This document shows, in pieces, positions 8,050-17,072 of a DNA stretch of 64,000 bases. The first letter of the stretch is position 1. Every line of letters begins with the position of its first letter. Both the position numbers and the translations under genes were made by a program. The stretch covers positions 13,681 through 77,680 of the forward strand of contig CAZJTZ010000014.1 in the NCBI GenBank assembly GCA_964549105.1. Reading direction: 5' to 3'. The notes under the pieces are model-generated. The model ran no database searches. It saw only the letters and a list, made by a program, of their open reading frames with translations, and was not told where the DNA came from. The stretch is from an uncultured Nitrospirales bacterium. GTDB lineage: Bacteria; Hydrogenedentota; Hydrogenedentia; Hydrogenedentales; Hydrogenedentaceae.

Positions 8050-10125
8050 TTACTGTTCTATCATTTTTAATATAGGTAAACCAAAAGTTTCACAAACAAC
8101 TCCACCCTTTCCATCAAGTAAATAAGTAGTGGCTAAGGAAGGACATTTACCAGTTAATACAGGTATATCTATCCCTTCGCAGTTTATCTCTTTTTCTGTA
8201 ATAATCCCAACTTGCATGTTATTACCCCAGAATCGCTTTATATTCATAAGCACTTCTTGAACAAAAGGAATCTCAGCCTCATTGGCAAAAATAAGAATCG
8301 CAGGACCTCTACATAATTTCTCTACATCTGTTTTTTGAACGCAAGAATATTTGAACTTTTCACATACAAAAGTTTCCCTTACTTGTCCGCCACTTATTTT
8401 GGGGTCACTTATCGTTATATTTCCAAAATCTTTCTCTTCTCTTTCCAAAAATTGCATTTCCTGGGATTGCCAAATTACAGAGCCATCTTCGCTATATAGC
8501 CTGAATATCAAATTTTCTAACGGAACTATGGAGTTCCAAAAAAAACTGCCGTCATTTGCTGAAAGCACTTGCCATAGCGTAGATTCCTGTCGTGTATCTT
8601 TCTCTAATAAAGCGCACGAAAGGATTGCATTTGTTATAGGTTTCCCTGCTTTATCTGTTATTTTCCCTCGAATCTTTCCCAGTGGATATAGATTTACTTC
8701 ACATACCTTCCCCAAATCTTTGCTGTCCACTATAAAAACATTTCCTGCATTTTCATCTGGGACTTCTGCATACCCCACAATTTTTCCTGAAGAAGGAGGA
8801 GTTGTTATATTCACTGCGATTGGGGTTCTAATATCCCCTATATACCATCCCAATTGGGGAGGATTTAATAAGCATACAACACCATTTTTTGCAGTTAATT
8901 GTTGCTGGTTAGGTAAAACAAGTCGCACCTGCAAGGAATTGAGTTTCTTTACCCAGATACCGGGCAATACAATTTCATCTTTACCACTGACTATAACTCT
9001 TAGTTGCGAAGGTTGCGGCATAGAATAGCCGGGAATGGCTTCAAATTTTACAAGAGCCTGACCATGAACCACCTTTCCGCGAAACTTACCTTTAGAACCC
9101 GTAGTGAGAGCAAATGATTTTCTCCCTCCCTGTTCAATAGAAATTTTACAACCTGGTACAGGATTTCCCGAAATAGCATCTAATATCGTTCCTGAAATAT
9201 AAACAGCCGGCAATACTTCTATTTGTAAATGTTCGCCTGATGGGTTGGCAATTTGTTTTACTTCCCATCCTGCACTTAATAATTGTTCAGTTTCGGCTTT
9301 ACACAAATAGACGCCGGGATTTAACCGAATGGTGAACTCTCCATTACTGTTTGTTCTGGCACATATACTTTCATAAGGAGGTTGAGTATTTTTTATAGTA
9401 ACCTCTGCATTTGCGACTTTGGCGTTATTTCCGTTTTGTATGGTATACACTGAACCTAACACAACACATCCTTTGGTTAACCTAACCTTTATCTCCGTAT
9501 CTGCTGTGGCACTTTCTACCGTCGTAATCGCAAATTCGGGGTGGATAACTTTTAAGGATACAGGCTGTTTTTGAGGTACTTTATCCAGAAAAAAACTACC
9601 TTGATTATTAGATACTACTTTTGCATATCCAAATAGCGACAATTTTGAACAAGGAATAGCAATCTTTTCTGTCCCCAAAATTGCAAAGCGGTCAACTTCT
9701 GCACCAGAAATGGGTCTCTCTTTACCTTTTTCATCTGCCGATACAACTAAACCTGTAATTTTTGTAGGAGGAAGAAGAATAATATCAAATTTTTCGATAT
9801 GTTCCTCTGATGGTAGGTTTAGATGAATTCCTGACCATGCCATTCCTTCTGTCGTTGCAAAAATACCTGTGGGACCCTCTTTCAAATTCAGAAATTCAAA
9901 CTCACCACTTGTATTCGTTCGTGTCTGTATTAATGACTCTAACAAACCTTGCTCACAATAAACTTCAGCATTTCCGATAGGGTTGCCATTAGAATCTACT
10001 ATTCTACCTTTTACTGAACAATTATCACCAAATACATAAAAAGTATTTGTTGCTAAGAGAAGGAAAGTTATAAATCGGAATAGATTGTAAAACAATGTTT
10101 TATCTTTGTATAAACTGCACGACAT
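8050..10125 (-). CDS. exported protein: carboxypeptidase-regulatory-like beta-sandwich repeats, paralogue of 6144..8045
   Basis: Track ORF 8050..10233. I rejected the N-terminal extension because it overlaps the upstream gene, whose stop is at 10100. A start near ATG 10125 (MSCSLYKDKTLFYNLFRFITFLLLATNTFYVFG, signal-like) is plausible but not fixed. Repeats: VKGRIVDSNGNPIGNAEVY, ITGLVVSADEKGKERPISGAEV, VLGSVYT, ISGTILDAISGNPVPGCKI, IRGKITDKAGKPITNAIL. The C-terminus (PAILIFANEAE...TTYLLDGKGGVV) is thioredoxin-fold-like without CxxC. Confidence 0.6.
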   Translation of the reverse strand: MSCSLYKDKTLFYNLFRFITFLLLATNTFYVFGDNCSVKGRIVDSNGNPIGNAEVYCEQGLLESLIQTRTNTSGEFEFLNLKEGPTGIFATTEGMAWSGIHLNLPSEEHIEKFDIILLPPTKITGLVVSADEKGKERPISGAEVDRFAILGTEKIAIPCSKLSLFGYAKVVSNNQGSFFLDKVPQKQPVSLKVIHPEFAITTVESATADTEIKVRLTKGCVVLGSVYTIQNGNNAKVANAEVTIKNTQPPYESICARTNSNGEFTIRLNPGVYLCKAETEQLLSAGWEVKQIANPSGEHLQIEVLPAVYISGTILDAISGNPVPGCKISIEQGGRKSFALTTGSKGKFRGKVVHGQALVKFEAIPGYSMPQPSQLRVIVSGKDEIVLPGIWVKKLNSLQVRLVLPNQQQLTAKNGVVCLLNPPQLGWYIGDIRTPIAVNITTPPSSGKIVGYAEVPDENAGNVFIVDSKDLGKVCEVNLYPLGKIRGKITDKAGKPITNAILSCALLEKDTRQESTLWQVLSANDGSFFWNSIVPLENLIFRLYSEDGSVIWQSQEMQFLEREEKDFGNITISDPKISGGQVRETFVCEKFKYSCVQKTDVEKLCRGPAILIFANEAEIPFVQEVLMNIKRFWGNNMQVGIITEKEINCEGIDIPVLTGKCPSLATTYLLDGKGGVVCETFGLPILKMIEQ

Positions 10126-11365
10126 TTTTTGACAATCCATCATAATCAATGTGATATACATCCCGTAAAGCATCTTCGAAAGACTTCGCCTGCCTAAGTG
10201 CCTTAATAAAATTAAGAAATCGCCCTTGTCCATATCTACTCCATAACATATTTATTGTTGCATGAGATTGTGTATATACCACAGTCATTTTCGGGTCGGA
10301 AACAAACATATCATTTACGGACACCTTTTCAAGATTTTTGTAAGAGATTAATCCCTTATTATTAAGTGCTTGCTCCAATATAGCCTTCTCCCGATTGGAA
10401 AAATCTTTGGACAGGGTTTCTGCCAATCCTTCATTTACCCACCATGGAACTTTATCTTTTAATAACTCATAAACTATAACATGAACATATTCATGATAAA
10501 TTCTACGCTTAATCTCTTCTTCGGGTAAGGCATTTCCCTGTTCATTTATTACAGGAATACGGATTTTCCCATCATAAACCCCACCTACCGTTTGCCCCAT
10601 TTGTACCACAGCCCCAAACTGCTGGACATCGTAAAGAATAACCTGGATAGGTCCTTGTGGAAAAACTCCTCCTAATTTTCTCCCTATCTCAAGATAGGCC
10701 CGTTCTAATACTGAAAGGACAAGAGAACGGACCTGATAAGGAATTTCCTTCGAATAAGATAAATTAAAATGCCGTGACGATGAAACACTCCTATTAAAAG
10801 ACTTTTCTACAATCTCTTCACGGCAGGCTTTATCATATCGGTTCTTCAATTCTTTTCGGTTGGGGTCTACCTGCAAAACATATTCCCATTGGGTTTTTGC
10901 TGACAGAATATCGTTATCCCTGTAATAGGCTTCCCCTAATAATTCATGTGCATCTAAATAGCCAGGTTTAAGCCTTACGGCTGTTTCTAAATGCCGAATC
11001 GCATCAACAAGTTGTCCATTATTCAATAAAAAAGCACCCATTTGAAGATGCGCAAAAAAATTGTTTGGATTAATTTTTAATACCTCGTCCACTAAATCAA
11101 TGGCTGTTCTATAATCATTGCTCTTTGCTTTTTCATCGGCTAATGCTTGCAGAGCGTTACTTAAATTGTTTCGCACGACCTCATTATTGGGCTCCATTGT
11201 AAGTGCCTGGGATAATAGAACTATTGCTTTTTCATAATCCTTAATATTGTATGCTTCTACACCTATATTATTTAATTGCATAGCATCAGAGCCAGATACA
11301 GAGAAAGAAATGGGTAAGATAAGAAAAAACACACATAATATTAGATTAAACCGATATGCTGTCAT
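10100..11365 (-). CDS. exported TPR-repeat protein with C-terminal MA-clan (HExxH) metallopeptidase-like domain
   Basis: 421 aa. Signal peptide: LILCVFFLILPISFSVSGSDA. Has 4-5 TPR-like units (YEKAIVLLSQALTMEPNN, YRTAIDLVDEVLKINPNN, LVDAIRHLETAVRLKPGY). Then IYHEYVHVIVYEL...VPWWVNEGLAETLS, which is HExxH plus a downstream NEGLAE as in Peptidase_MA_2-type proteins. Confidence 0.7.
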   Translation of the reverse strand: MTAYRFNLILCVFFLILPISFSVSGSDAMQLNNIGVEAYNIKDYEKAIVLLSQALTMEPNNEVVRNNLSNALQALADEKAKSNDYRTAIDLVDEVLKINPNNFFAHLQMGAFLLNNGQLVDAIRHLETAVRLKPGYLDAHELLGEAYYRDNDILSAKTQWEYVLQVDPNRKELKNRYDKACREEIVEKSFNRSVSSSRHFNLSYSKEIPYQVRSLVLSVLERAYLEIGRKLGGVFPQGPIQVILYDVQQFGAVVQMGQTVGGVYDGKIRIPVINEQGNALPEEEIKRRIYHEYVHVIVYELLKDKVPWWVNEGLAETLSKDFSNREKAILEQALNNKGLISYKNLEKVSVNDMFVSDPKMTVVYTQSHATINMLWSRYGQGRFLNFIKALRQAKSFEDALRDVYHIDYDGLSKNVVQFIQR

Positions 11366-11372
11366 ACAATAA

Positions 11373-11759
11373 TTAATCCTTACTTATCGCAATAGCATCA
11401 ATCTCAATGGGAATACCTGCTGGTAACTGAGCCACTTGAACGCAAGTCCGTGCAGGGCAATTAGTCTGAAAGTATTTTCCATAAACTTGGTTAAATTCTG
11501 AGAAAAAAGCCATATCGGTTAAAAATACAGTTACTTTAACTATGTCGGAAAAGTCACAACCACATCCATTGAGTATAATTTTTAAATTTTCCATTGTATA
11601 TTCTACCTGTTCGGAGAAACTCCCTTTTATTGGACCGGAGCCATCTCGGCTAAAAGGTCCCTGACCAGAAATAAATATAAACTGTCCTGCTCTAACTGCA
11701 TGTGAATAAGGCCCTACCGCAGGAGGTCCATTTTTTGCTTTTACATATTCCTTGTGCAT
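11373..11759 (-). CDS. RidA/YjgF/UK114-family reactive-intermediate deaminase
   Basis: Track ORF 11373..11882 trimmed to ATG 11759 (MHKEYVKAKNGPPAVGPYSHAVRAGQFIFISGQ...), which is preceded by AGGAG with a 7-nt spacer. The conserved C-terminus PARTCVQVAQLPAGIPIEIDAIA is present. Confidence 0.88.
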   Translation of the reverse strand: MHKEYVKAKNGPPAVGPYSHAVRAGQFIFISGQGPFSRDGSGPIKGSFSEQVEYTMENLKIILNGCGCDFSDIVKVTVFLTDMAFFSEFNQVYGKYFQTNCPARTCVQVAQLPAGIPIEIDAIAISKD

Positions 11760-11927
11760 TTCATAACTCCTATTTTCTGTCTTGATATCTAAAAAAATAA
11801 CAAAGGTATAGTCTCTTATCTCAGTTGTTTCTTTTGTCTTATCATATATATTATACATACATTCCCTTATATCATCCCACATATCCTATCTTAACCCAAA
11901 ACGCCTTGGACAAGGAATTGTATTACA

Positions 11928-12899
11928 ATGCGATGGAAATTTATTGACCAGTTTAGAGGTTTTGCTATTGTTAGTATGATAATCGTAAATATTTGTAATG
12001 AATTTAGTGTTTCTCCCTACTGGCTAAAACACCATAAATACGGTTTTACCTTTGCAGACTTTGTGGCACCCGCCTTTATATTTATCGTAGGTTTTTCATA
12101 CAGATTATCGCTAAAAAAATCTATAGAAACCTTGCCCATAACCGAAGTCCGGAGAAAATTTATTAAAAGGTATTTAATAATCACCTTCCTTGGCTTTTTA
12201 TATGGTTTTTTTGATTTTTATGTGTCCGTCTGGGACGCCTTGACAGATATAGGGATTGCTGGTTTACTCCTATATCCTTTCGTAGGAAAACCCAGTTGGG
12301 TTATTCTCCTATCAGGCAGTATCTACATGGTTATATATCAATTATTATTTTCACTAACCGGCTATGGTAACTGGCTTATGGAAAATTCCATTGACGGCGG
12401 ACCCTTAGGCCCATTGAGTTGGGCGTTTATTTTAGCATACGGTGCTTTTTGTGCTGTTTACTTTGAAAGGGATAAAAGAAATTTGTCTTTATCAACATTT
12501 TCTTTATGGCTATTTAGTGGCATCTTTTTAACTCTTTTCGGATGGTTTCTCGCAAATCCTGTTTCCAATTTTTGGTCAATGTCTTTACCCTTCACTCAAA
12601 AGGGAATGACGGCTTCTTACTCTCTCTTCTCCTCAGGTTTGTGCAGTATTACTCTTTGTCTATTCTATATAATCAATGAAAGATTCAAACTTGTAATTCA
12701 TCCTTTTACCACTATGGGTAGAAATCCTTTGGTATTATATTTCCTTCAAGCCATTCTCATATTTATTGCACTTTATTTGCTTCCTGAAAACATCCACAAT
12801 AGGTACATTACACCGTATCTTACTTCTCTTATTATACTTTTGATATGCTATACTGTAGCCAAAATACTTGAAATAAAGTCTATTTACATAAAAGTTTAA
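11928..12899 (+). CDS. membrane acyltransferase-like protein (DUF1624/DUF5009, heparan-alpha-glucosaminide N-acetyltransferase-like)
   Basis: 323 aa with about 9 hydrophobic helices. The N-terminal signature ...IDQFRGFAIVSMIIVN... matches my recollection of the family motif (R..lD.lRG.a...Mi). Confidence 0.55.
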   Translation: MRWKFIDQFRGFAIVSMIIVNICNEFSVSPYWLKHHKYGFTFADFVAPAFIFIVGFSYRLSLKKSIETLPITEVRRKFIKRYLIITFLGFLYGFFDFYVSVWDALTDIGIAGLLLYPFVGKPSWVILLSGSIYMVIYQLLFSLTGYGNWLMENSIDGGPLGPLSWAFILAYGAFCAVYFERDKRNLSLSTFSLWLFSGIFLTLFGWFLANPVSNFWSMSLPFTQKGMTASYSLFSSGLCSITLCLFYIINERFKLVIHPFTTMGRNPLVLYFLQAILIFIALYLLPENIHNRYITPYLTSLIILLICYTVAKILEIKSIYIKV

Positions 12900-12920
12900 C
12901 TCAAAGGTAGGGATATAAGT

Positions 12921-14105
12921 ATGTTACATCTAATTCTTGCGATAAGTTCTATAATTGCCGAACCTTTTTTTGAAAAGGAAAATATTTTCATTCCAAATGA
13001 AAAACATAATCATGGGTCAAGTATTGTTGAAACGCCAGAAGGCAATTTACTGGCTGTATGGTTTCACGGCTCTGGCGAAAGGAGCAGTGATGATGTAATG
13101 TTACAGGGTGCCCGTAAAAAAGCAGGAACCAATCAATGGTGTAAACCCTTTCTCATGGCAGACACTCCTGACCTACCCGATTGCAATCCCGTCCTGTTTG
13201 TAGACCCAAGAAATGTGTTATGGCTATTCTGGATTACCGTCCAGGATAACCAATGGGGCGGTTCGCTATTAAAATATCGAATTTCTACGGATTATGAAAA
13301 GGATGGACCTCCGACATGGAAGTGGCAGGATGTAATCCATGCCCGACCCTTAAACCTCGAACAAAAATTTTTGGAATTGATTGAAAAAGGGCAACCTGCT
13401 ATTGATTTGTTGGCTACTATTGAGCCTAAATTAAAAGAAGAGGTGGAGTTTGCTAAAAAAGCGGCTCAAACAAAACTTTCTCAAAGATTGGGATGGATGA
13501 CTCGCATTCATCCTATTATGGTTACAGAAAAAAGAATGATGTTAGGACTATATTCTGATGTATTCAACTGTTCATTAGCGGCATTTACGGAAGATTGGGG
13601 AGAACATTGGTCTTTCAGTAATCCTATATTAGATATGGAGATAAAAAATATATCGAATATTCAGCCAAGTTTTGTAAAAATGAAGGATGGGACCATTGCA
13701 GCATTTATGAGAGATAACGGTATTCCTAAACGAATTAGAACGGCTTATTCAAAAGATTTGGGTATAACCTGGTCAGAAGTAAGTATGTTAGATATTCCAA
13801 ATCCTGGTTCAAGTGTTGAGTGTATTGCCCTCAAAAATGGAAACTGGGCATTAGTATGCAATGATGCTACAGATGGTCGTCATAGATTATCTGTTTACCT
13901 GTCAAATGATGAAGGCAAAACCTGGCAATGGAAAAAAGCCATTGAAGAGACAGAACCCAATAAAGGCTCTTACTCTTACCCCTCTGTAATCCAGACTCGT
14001 GATGGGTATATTCATTGTTCTTTTTCTTGTAAAGATGAAACGACAAAAGGCTCAACCATCCGCCATGCCTGGTTTAATGAAGAATGGATTACTGCCAATA
14101 ACTAA
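12921..14105 (+). CDS. BNR/Asp-box beta-propeller protein, sialidase-like (activity unverified)
   Basis: 394 aa. Asp-box motifs SKDLGITW and SNDEGKTW, plus a degenerate TEDWGEHW. N-terminus: HGSSIVETPEGNLLAVWFHGSGE. I did not see a canonical sialidase FRIP motif. Confidence 0.65.
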   Translation: MLHLILAISSIIAEPFFEKENIFIPNEKHNHGSSIVETPEGNLLAVWFHGSGERSSDDVMLQGARKKAGTNQWCKPFLMADTPDLPDCNPVLFVDPRNVLWLFWITVQDNQWGGSLLKYRISTDYEKDGPPTWKWQDVIHARPLNLEQKFLELIEKGQPAIDLLATIEPKLKEEVEFAKKAAQTKLSQRLGWMTRIHPIMVTEKRMMLGLYSDVFNCSLAAFTEDWGEHWSFSNPILDMEIKNISNIQPSFVKMKDGTIAAFMRDNGIPKRIRTAYSKDLGITWSEVSMLDIPNPGSSVECIALKNGNWALVCNDATDGRHRLSVYLSNDEGKTWQWKKAIEETEPNKGSYSYPSVIQTRDGYIHCSFSCKDETTKGSTIRHAWFNEEWITANN

Positions 14106-16348
14106 CTAACAGGAACAAGTCTATCAAGCAAATTTTTAATATCTGTGGGTGTAGATACAACAACCTCAACTCTTTTTCCGGAGGCATGTTCTAAGTCTTC
14201 TATCGCTACAAGGTCAAAAGGATTTGTAAAAGCCACAGTCATTACTTTTTCCGTTACCTTCAGGGGAATACAGGTGTGCTGTCTTAATACTCGTGATTGA
14301 ATAATGCTGACTGCTTCAGGAGAAATTTCTTTTTCTGAAAGTAAGACAAAAGGAACATCACATTGACATGCTAACGCCTGAGCTACGGCATATTCAGAAA
14401 CAAAACCCAACTCCGTCAAAATATCGCCCAAATGTTTCATGGGTGTTTGCTTTTGGATTTTTAATGCTTCTTCCAATTGTTCTTTCTCAATTATTCCTGC
14501 GGCTAAAAGAATTTCACCCAGATTGGTCTTCTTCTTTTTCTTTAATATAGTTGTAGAGGCATTAATAACTTTTTCCTGTTCTGAAATTCCGGCTCTAAAA
14601 TCTTCTTCAATCTTATCTAATGAATCAAACGCACCCCTTATAGCATCCTTTATTTGACCCTCTTCGACAGATGAAGCAATCTCTCTTAATTTTATTAATA
14701 TCTCTAACTTTTGTCGCAACTTTTTATTTTCTGCCGTTGCTACTGATAACCGTCTTTCCAGTAGTTTTAAGTCTTCAATCTTAGGAAGAGTTTCAAATTC
14801 TGCTTTAAGATTATTTAATTCTTCTTCCAGAGTTTGCTTTATTTTATTAAGTTCCTCTTTTTGTGAGGACAGACCCATTAACTCCGACTCTTTCATCTCG
14901 ATTTCTTTATATAACTGGTCATTTTCTTGTTTTATAGATTCAAGAGTGTTCTTCAATTCTTCATAAGATTCTTTAGAAGGCATTTCACTTAAAGATTGTT
15001 GTAAATCTACTACCTCACTTTCTAAAGATAGCAATTTCTCCTCTAACGAAGAAATCCCCGCTTCCGATTCCTCTTTTTCTTTTGTGAGGGCATCTACTCT
15101 CTTCGTCGCTTCCTGTAAGGTTTCTGTCAATTTATATATCTCTTCTTTTTTATTAACAAGTTCTTGCTGAACTTTATCCCATTCTTCTTTGGACGGAAGT
15201 GCGTTTCTTTCTGCTTCAAGAATTTGCTTATCGCCCCTCAACTCTTTATTCTCCTTTTCTAACCTTGAAACATCTGAAACAAGTTTTTCATACTTTGCTT
15301 TTATCTCGTTATATTCTTCCTTAAGTTTCATTAATTTACTTATTTCAATTTCCTGTTCTTCTATTGCTTTCTTTTTTGCATCCAATTCTTTTTGTAAATC
15401 TTCCCTCTGTTTCTTTACTTTTTCAAAATTTACTTTTAACTCCTCATTTTCCTTTTTAAGATAATTGTATTCCTTATCTTCAACAGTATGTTCTAACTTA
15501 CTCTCTAATTCTGCAATTCTATCTCTGCTATTTTTTAATTCCTCATTAAGAGAAGTTACTTGTTCTTCAGGATTAGACTGTTCTAAAAGCGACTTTAATT
15601 GTTGGATCTCTTTATCCTTTTGTTCAGAAGATACAACTAATTCTCTTCGTATATTTTCCAATTCTTCCTGTAGAGAAAGATTACTATTTAAAGTCTCATT
15701 ATATTTTGTGTTAATTTCTTCATATTGTTGCTTTAATTTTTCATATTCATCTTTATTCCGACTTATTTCTTCTTCTAAAAGAGATATTTCCTCTTTTCTT
15801 TCCTTTACCTGTCCGACTTCAGTGGATATGCCCCCCTCTATATCTTGCTTACCCATCTCTATTGATTGTTCTTTTAATTTGTCAATTTGTATTCTCAGTT
15901 CTTCAATATTTTTTTGTAATTGTTCAATCTTTTCTTCTTTGGCTTTATTCTCTGTTAGAAGAGATTCTAATTCATCTTCCTTCATTGTAAGTGCATATAT
16001 CTTTTCATCTAACAAATTTCTTAGATTTTCAATTTGTTCTGTTGTCTCATTTTTTTCCAGCAATACCCTTTCAAAACTTTTTTCCCAGGAATCTAATTGT
16101 TCTTGAAGTGATTTCCAATTTTCCTCATATTCCTTTTTTATTTTTGAACAACTAACATATTGATACTTTATTGCACTATGAAGTTTTAATAAAAACTCTT
16201 GATAAGACTTTACCGTTTTTAAATTTACTTCGGATATATCTTCAAACATCTTCTTCGCTTTATCTAAATTCTCACTATAATCTTCAGGCATGCCTAATTT
16301 CTCCCTATATATATGATGATGTATATATAATAAATTACCTTCATTCAA
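14102..16348 (-). CDS. long coiled-coil protein with C-terminal GspE-N / MshEN-like domain
   Basis: 748 aa. Residues ~60-600 are heptad-like and E/K/L/Q-rich. The C-terminal 140 aa (nt 14105-14524) read NLGEILLAAGIIEKEQLEEALKIQ-KQTPMK-HLGDILTELGFVSEYAVAQALACQ...VPFVLL...IPL...TVAFTNPFD..AIEDLE...G..VEVVV, the layout of the T2SS/T4P ATPase N-terminal domain. An alternative start is at Met20 (nt 16291). Confidence 0.75.
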   Translation of the reverse strand: MNEGNLLYIHHHIYREKLGMPEDYSENLDKAKKMFEDISEVNLKTVKSYQEFLLKLHSAIKYQYVSCSKIKKEYEENWKSLQEQLDSWEKSFERVLLEKNETTEQIENLRNLLDEKIYALTMKEDELESLLTENKAKEEKIEQLQKNIEELRIQIDKLKEQSIEMGKQDIEGGISTEVGQVKERKEEISLLEEEISRNKDEYEKLKQQYEEINTKYNETLNSNLSLQEELENIRRELVVSSEQKDKEIQQLKSLLEQSNPEEQVTSLNEELKNSRDRIAELESKLEHTVEDKEYNYLKKENEELKVNFEKVKKQREDLQKELDAKKKAIEEQEIEISKLMKLKEEYNEIKAKYEKLVSDVSRLEKENKELRGDKQILEAERNALPSKEEWDKVQQELVNKKEEIYKLTETLQEATKRVDALTKEKEESEAGISSLEEKLLSLESEVVDLQQSLSEMPSKESYEELKNTLESIKQENDQLYKEIEMKESELMGLSSQKEELNKIKQTLEEELNNLKAEFETLPKIEDLKLLERRLSVATAENKKLRQKLEILIKLREIASSVEEGQIKDAIRGAFDSLDKIEEDFRAGISEQEKVINASTTILKKKKKTNLGEILLAAGIIEKEQLEEALKIQKQTPMKHLGDILTELGFVSEYAVAQALACQCDVPFVLLSEKEISPEAVSIIQSRVLRQHTCIPLKVTEKVMTVAFTNPFDLVAIEDLEHASGKRVEVVVSTPTDIKNLLDRLVPVS

Positions 16349-16721
16349 ATATTGAAATACAATAAGTCATTTAACAATGATTTTAACACCTTATTATATA
16401 TCTATTAAACTTATATTTGTCAATAATTTTTCAAGTAGAATTTTTATTTTTATCTTTTTATTCAAATTTGCTATTGTCTGCTAAATAATTAGGTAAAAGA
16501 TTTCTTGCTACCTACTTTTTCTATTGATATCCAGTTATGAAATATACAATCTGGTTAAGAATACTCTCATAATTAAATATACTTAAAACTACTGTGTTAA
16601 TTTAGAACTCTTCCTAATTTTTACCAGATAGAAATAATCTAAATGATATGTTTAAGTTTGAATATACAATCACATCTTTATATAATGTTTAATGATATAA
16701 ATAAACAATTGAGGATTATTT

Positions 16722-17072
16722 ATGCCTAAAGAAAAGGTATTAACTGTGGAAGATATATCTGAATTTCTTAAATTGAAGCCCTTAACTGTTAGACAGATGT
16801 TTAGATGTGGGAAACTACGAGGTTTTAAAATTGGTAAATCGTGGAGGACTACAGAATCTCTTTTTGTTGAAGACCTTAATAAAATAGCAAAAAATTTTGG
16901 TGTTCTTATTCAAAAAGAACAAAAGGCAAAATCGGCAGGGAAAAAAAATACACAAAAATTATTTCAGGATATAGAAGATGTTCATATCCCTCCCAAATCC
17001 TCTCGCAAAAAGAAAAAATATGAAGAAAATATTGGTTCTTTATTTGATATAAGCGAAGACGACGAAGATTAG
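16722..17072 (+). CDS. excisionase/MerR-type helix-turn-helix DNA-binding protein with Lys-rich tail
   Basis: 116 aa. LTVEDISEFLKLKPLTVRQMFRCGKLRGFKIGKSWRTTESLFVEDL matches the HTH_17-type pattern (lt..e.a..L.v...tv......G.l...kiG..wr). Basic, then acidic, C-terminal tail. GAGGA RBS upstream. Ends with TAG. Confidence 0.7.
   Translation: MPKEKVLTVEDISEFLKLKPLTVRQMFRCGKLRGFKIGKSWRTTESLFVEDLNKIAKNFGVLIQKEQKAKSAGKKNTQKLFQDIEDVHIPPKSSRKKKKYEENIGSLFDISEDDED

Noticed and set aside
10126-10233. N-terminal 36-aa extension of track ORF 8050..10233
   Set aside because: It overlaps the 3' end of the upstream TPR-peptidase gene by up to 134 nt and precedes the obvious signal peptide. An internal start near 10125 is more plausible, but the exact start remains uncertain.
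15189-16106. Plus-strand ORFs (91 and 213 aa) rich in Ser/Phe/Leu/Cys inside the coiled-coil gene. The same applies to 8351..9028, 56247..56798, 40857..41204 and the other short antisense ORFs in the track.
   Set aside because: They are mirror-frame artefacts of long Glu/Lys-rich or otherwise well-supported CDSs on the opposite strand. They have low-complexity composition and no family signatures.
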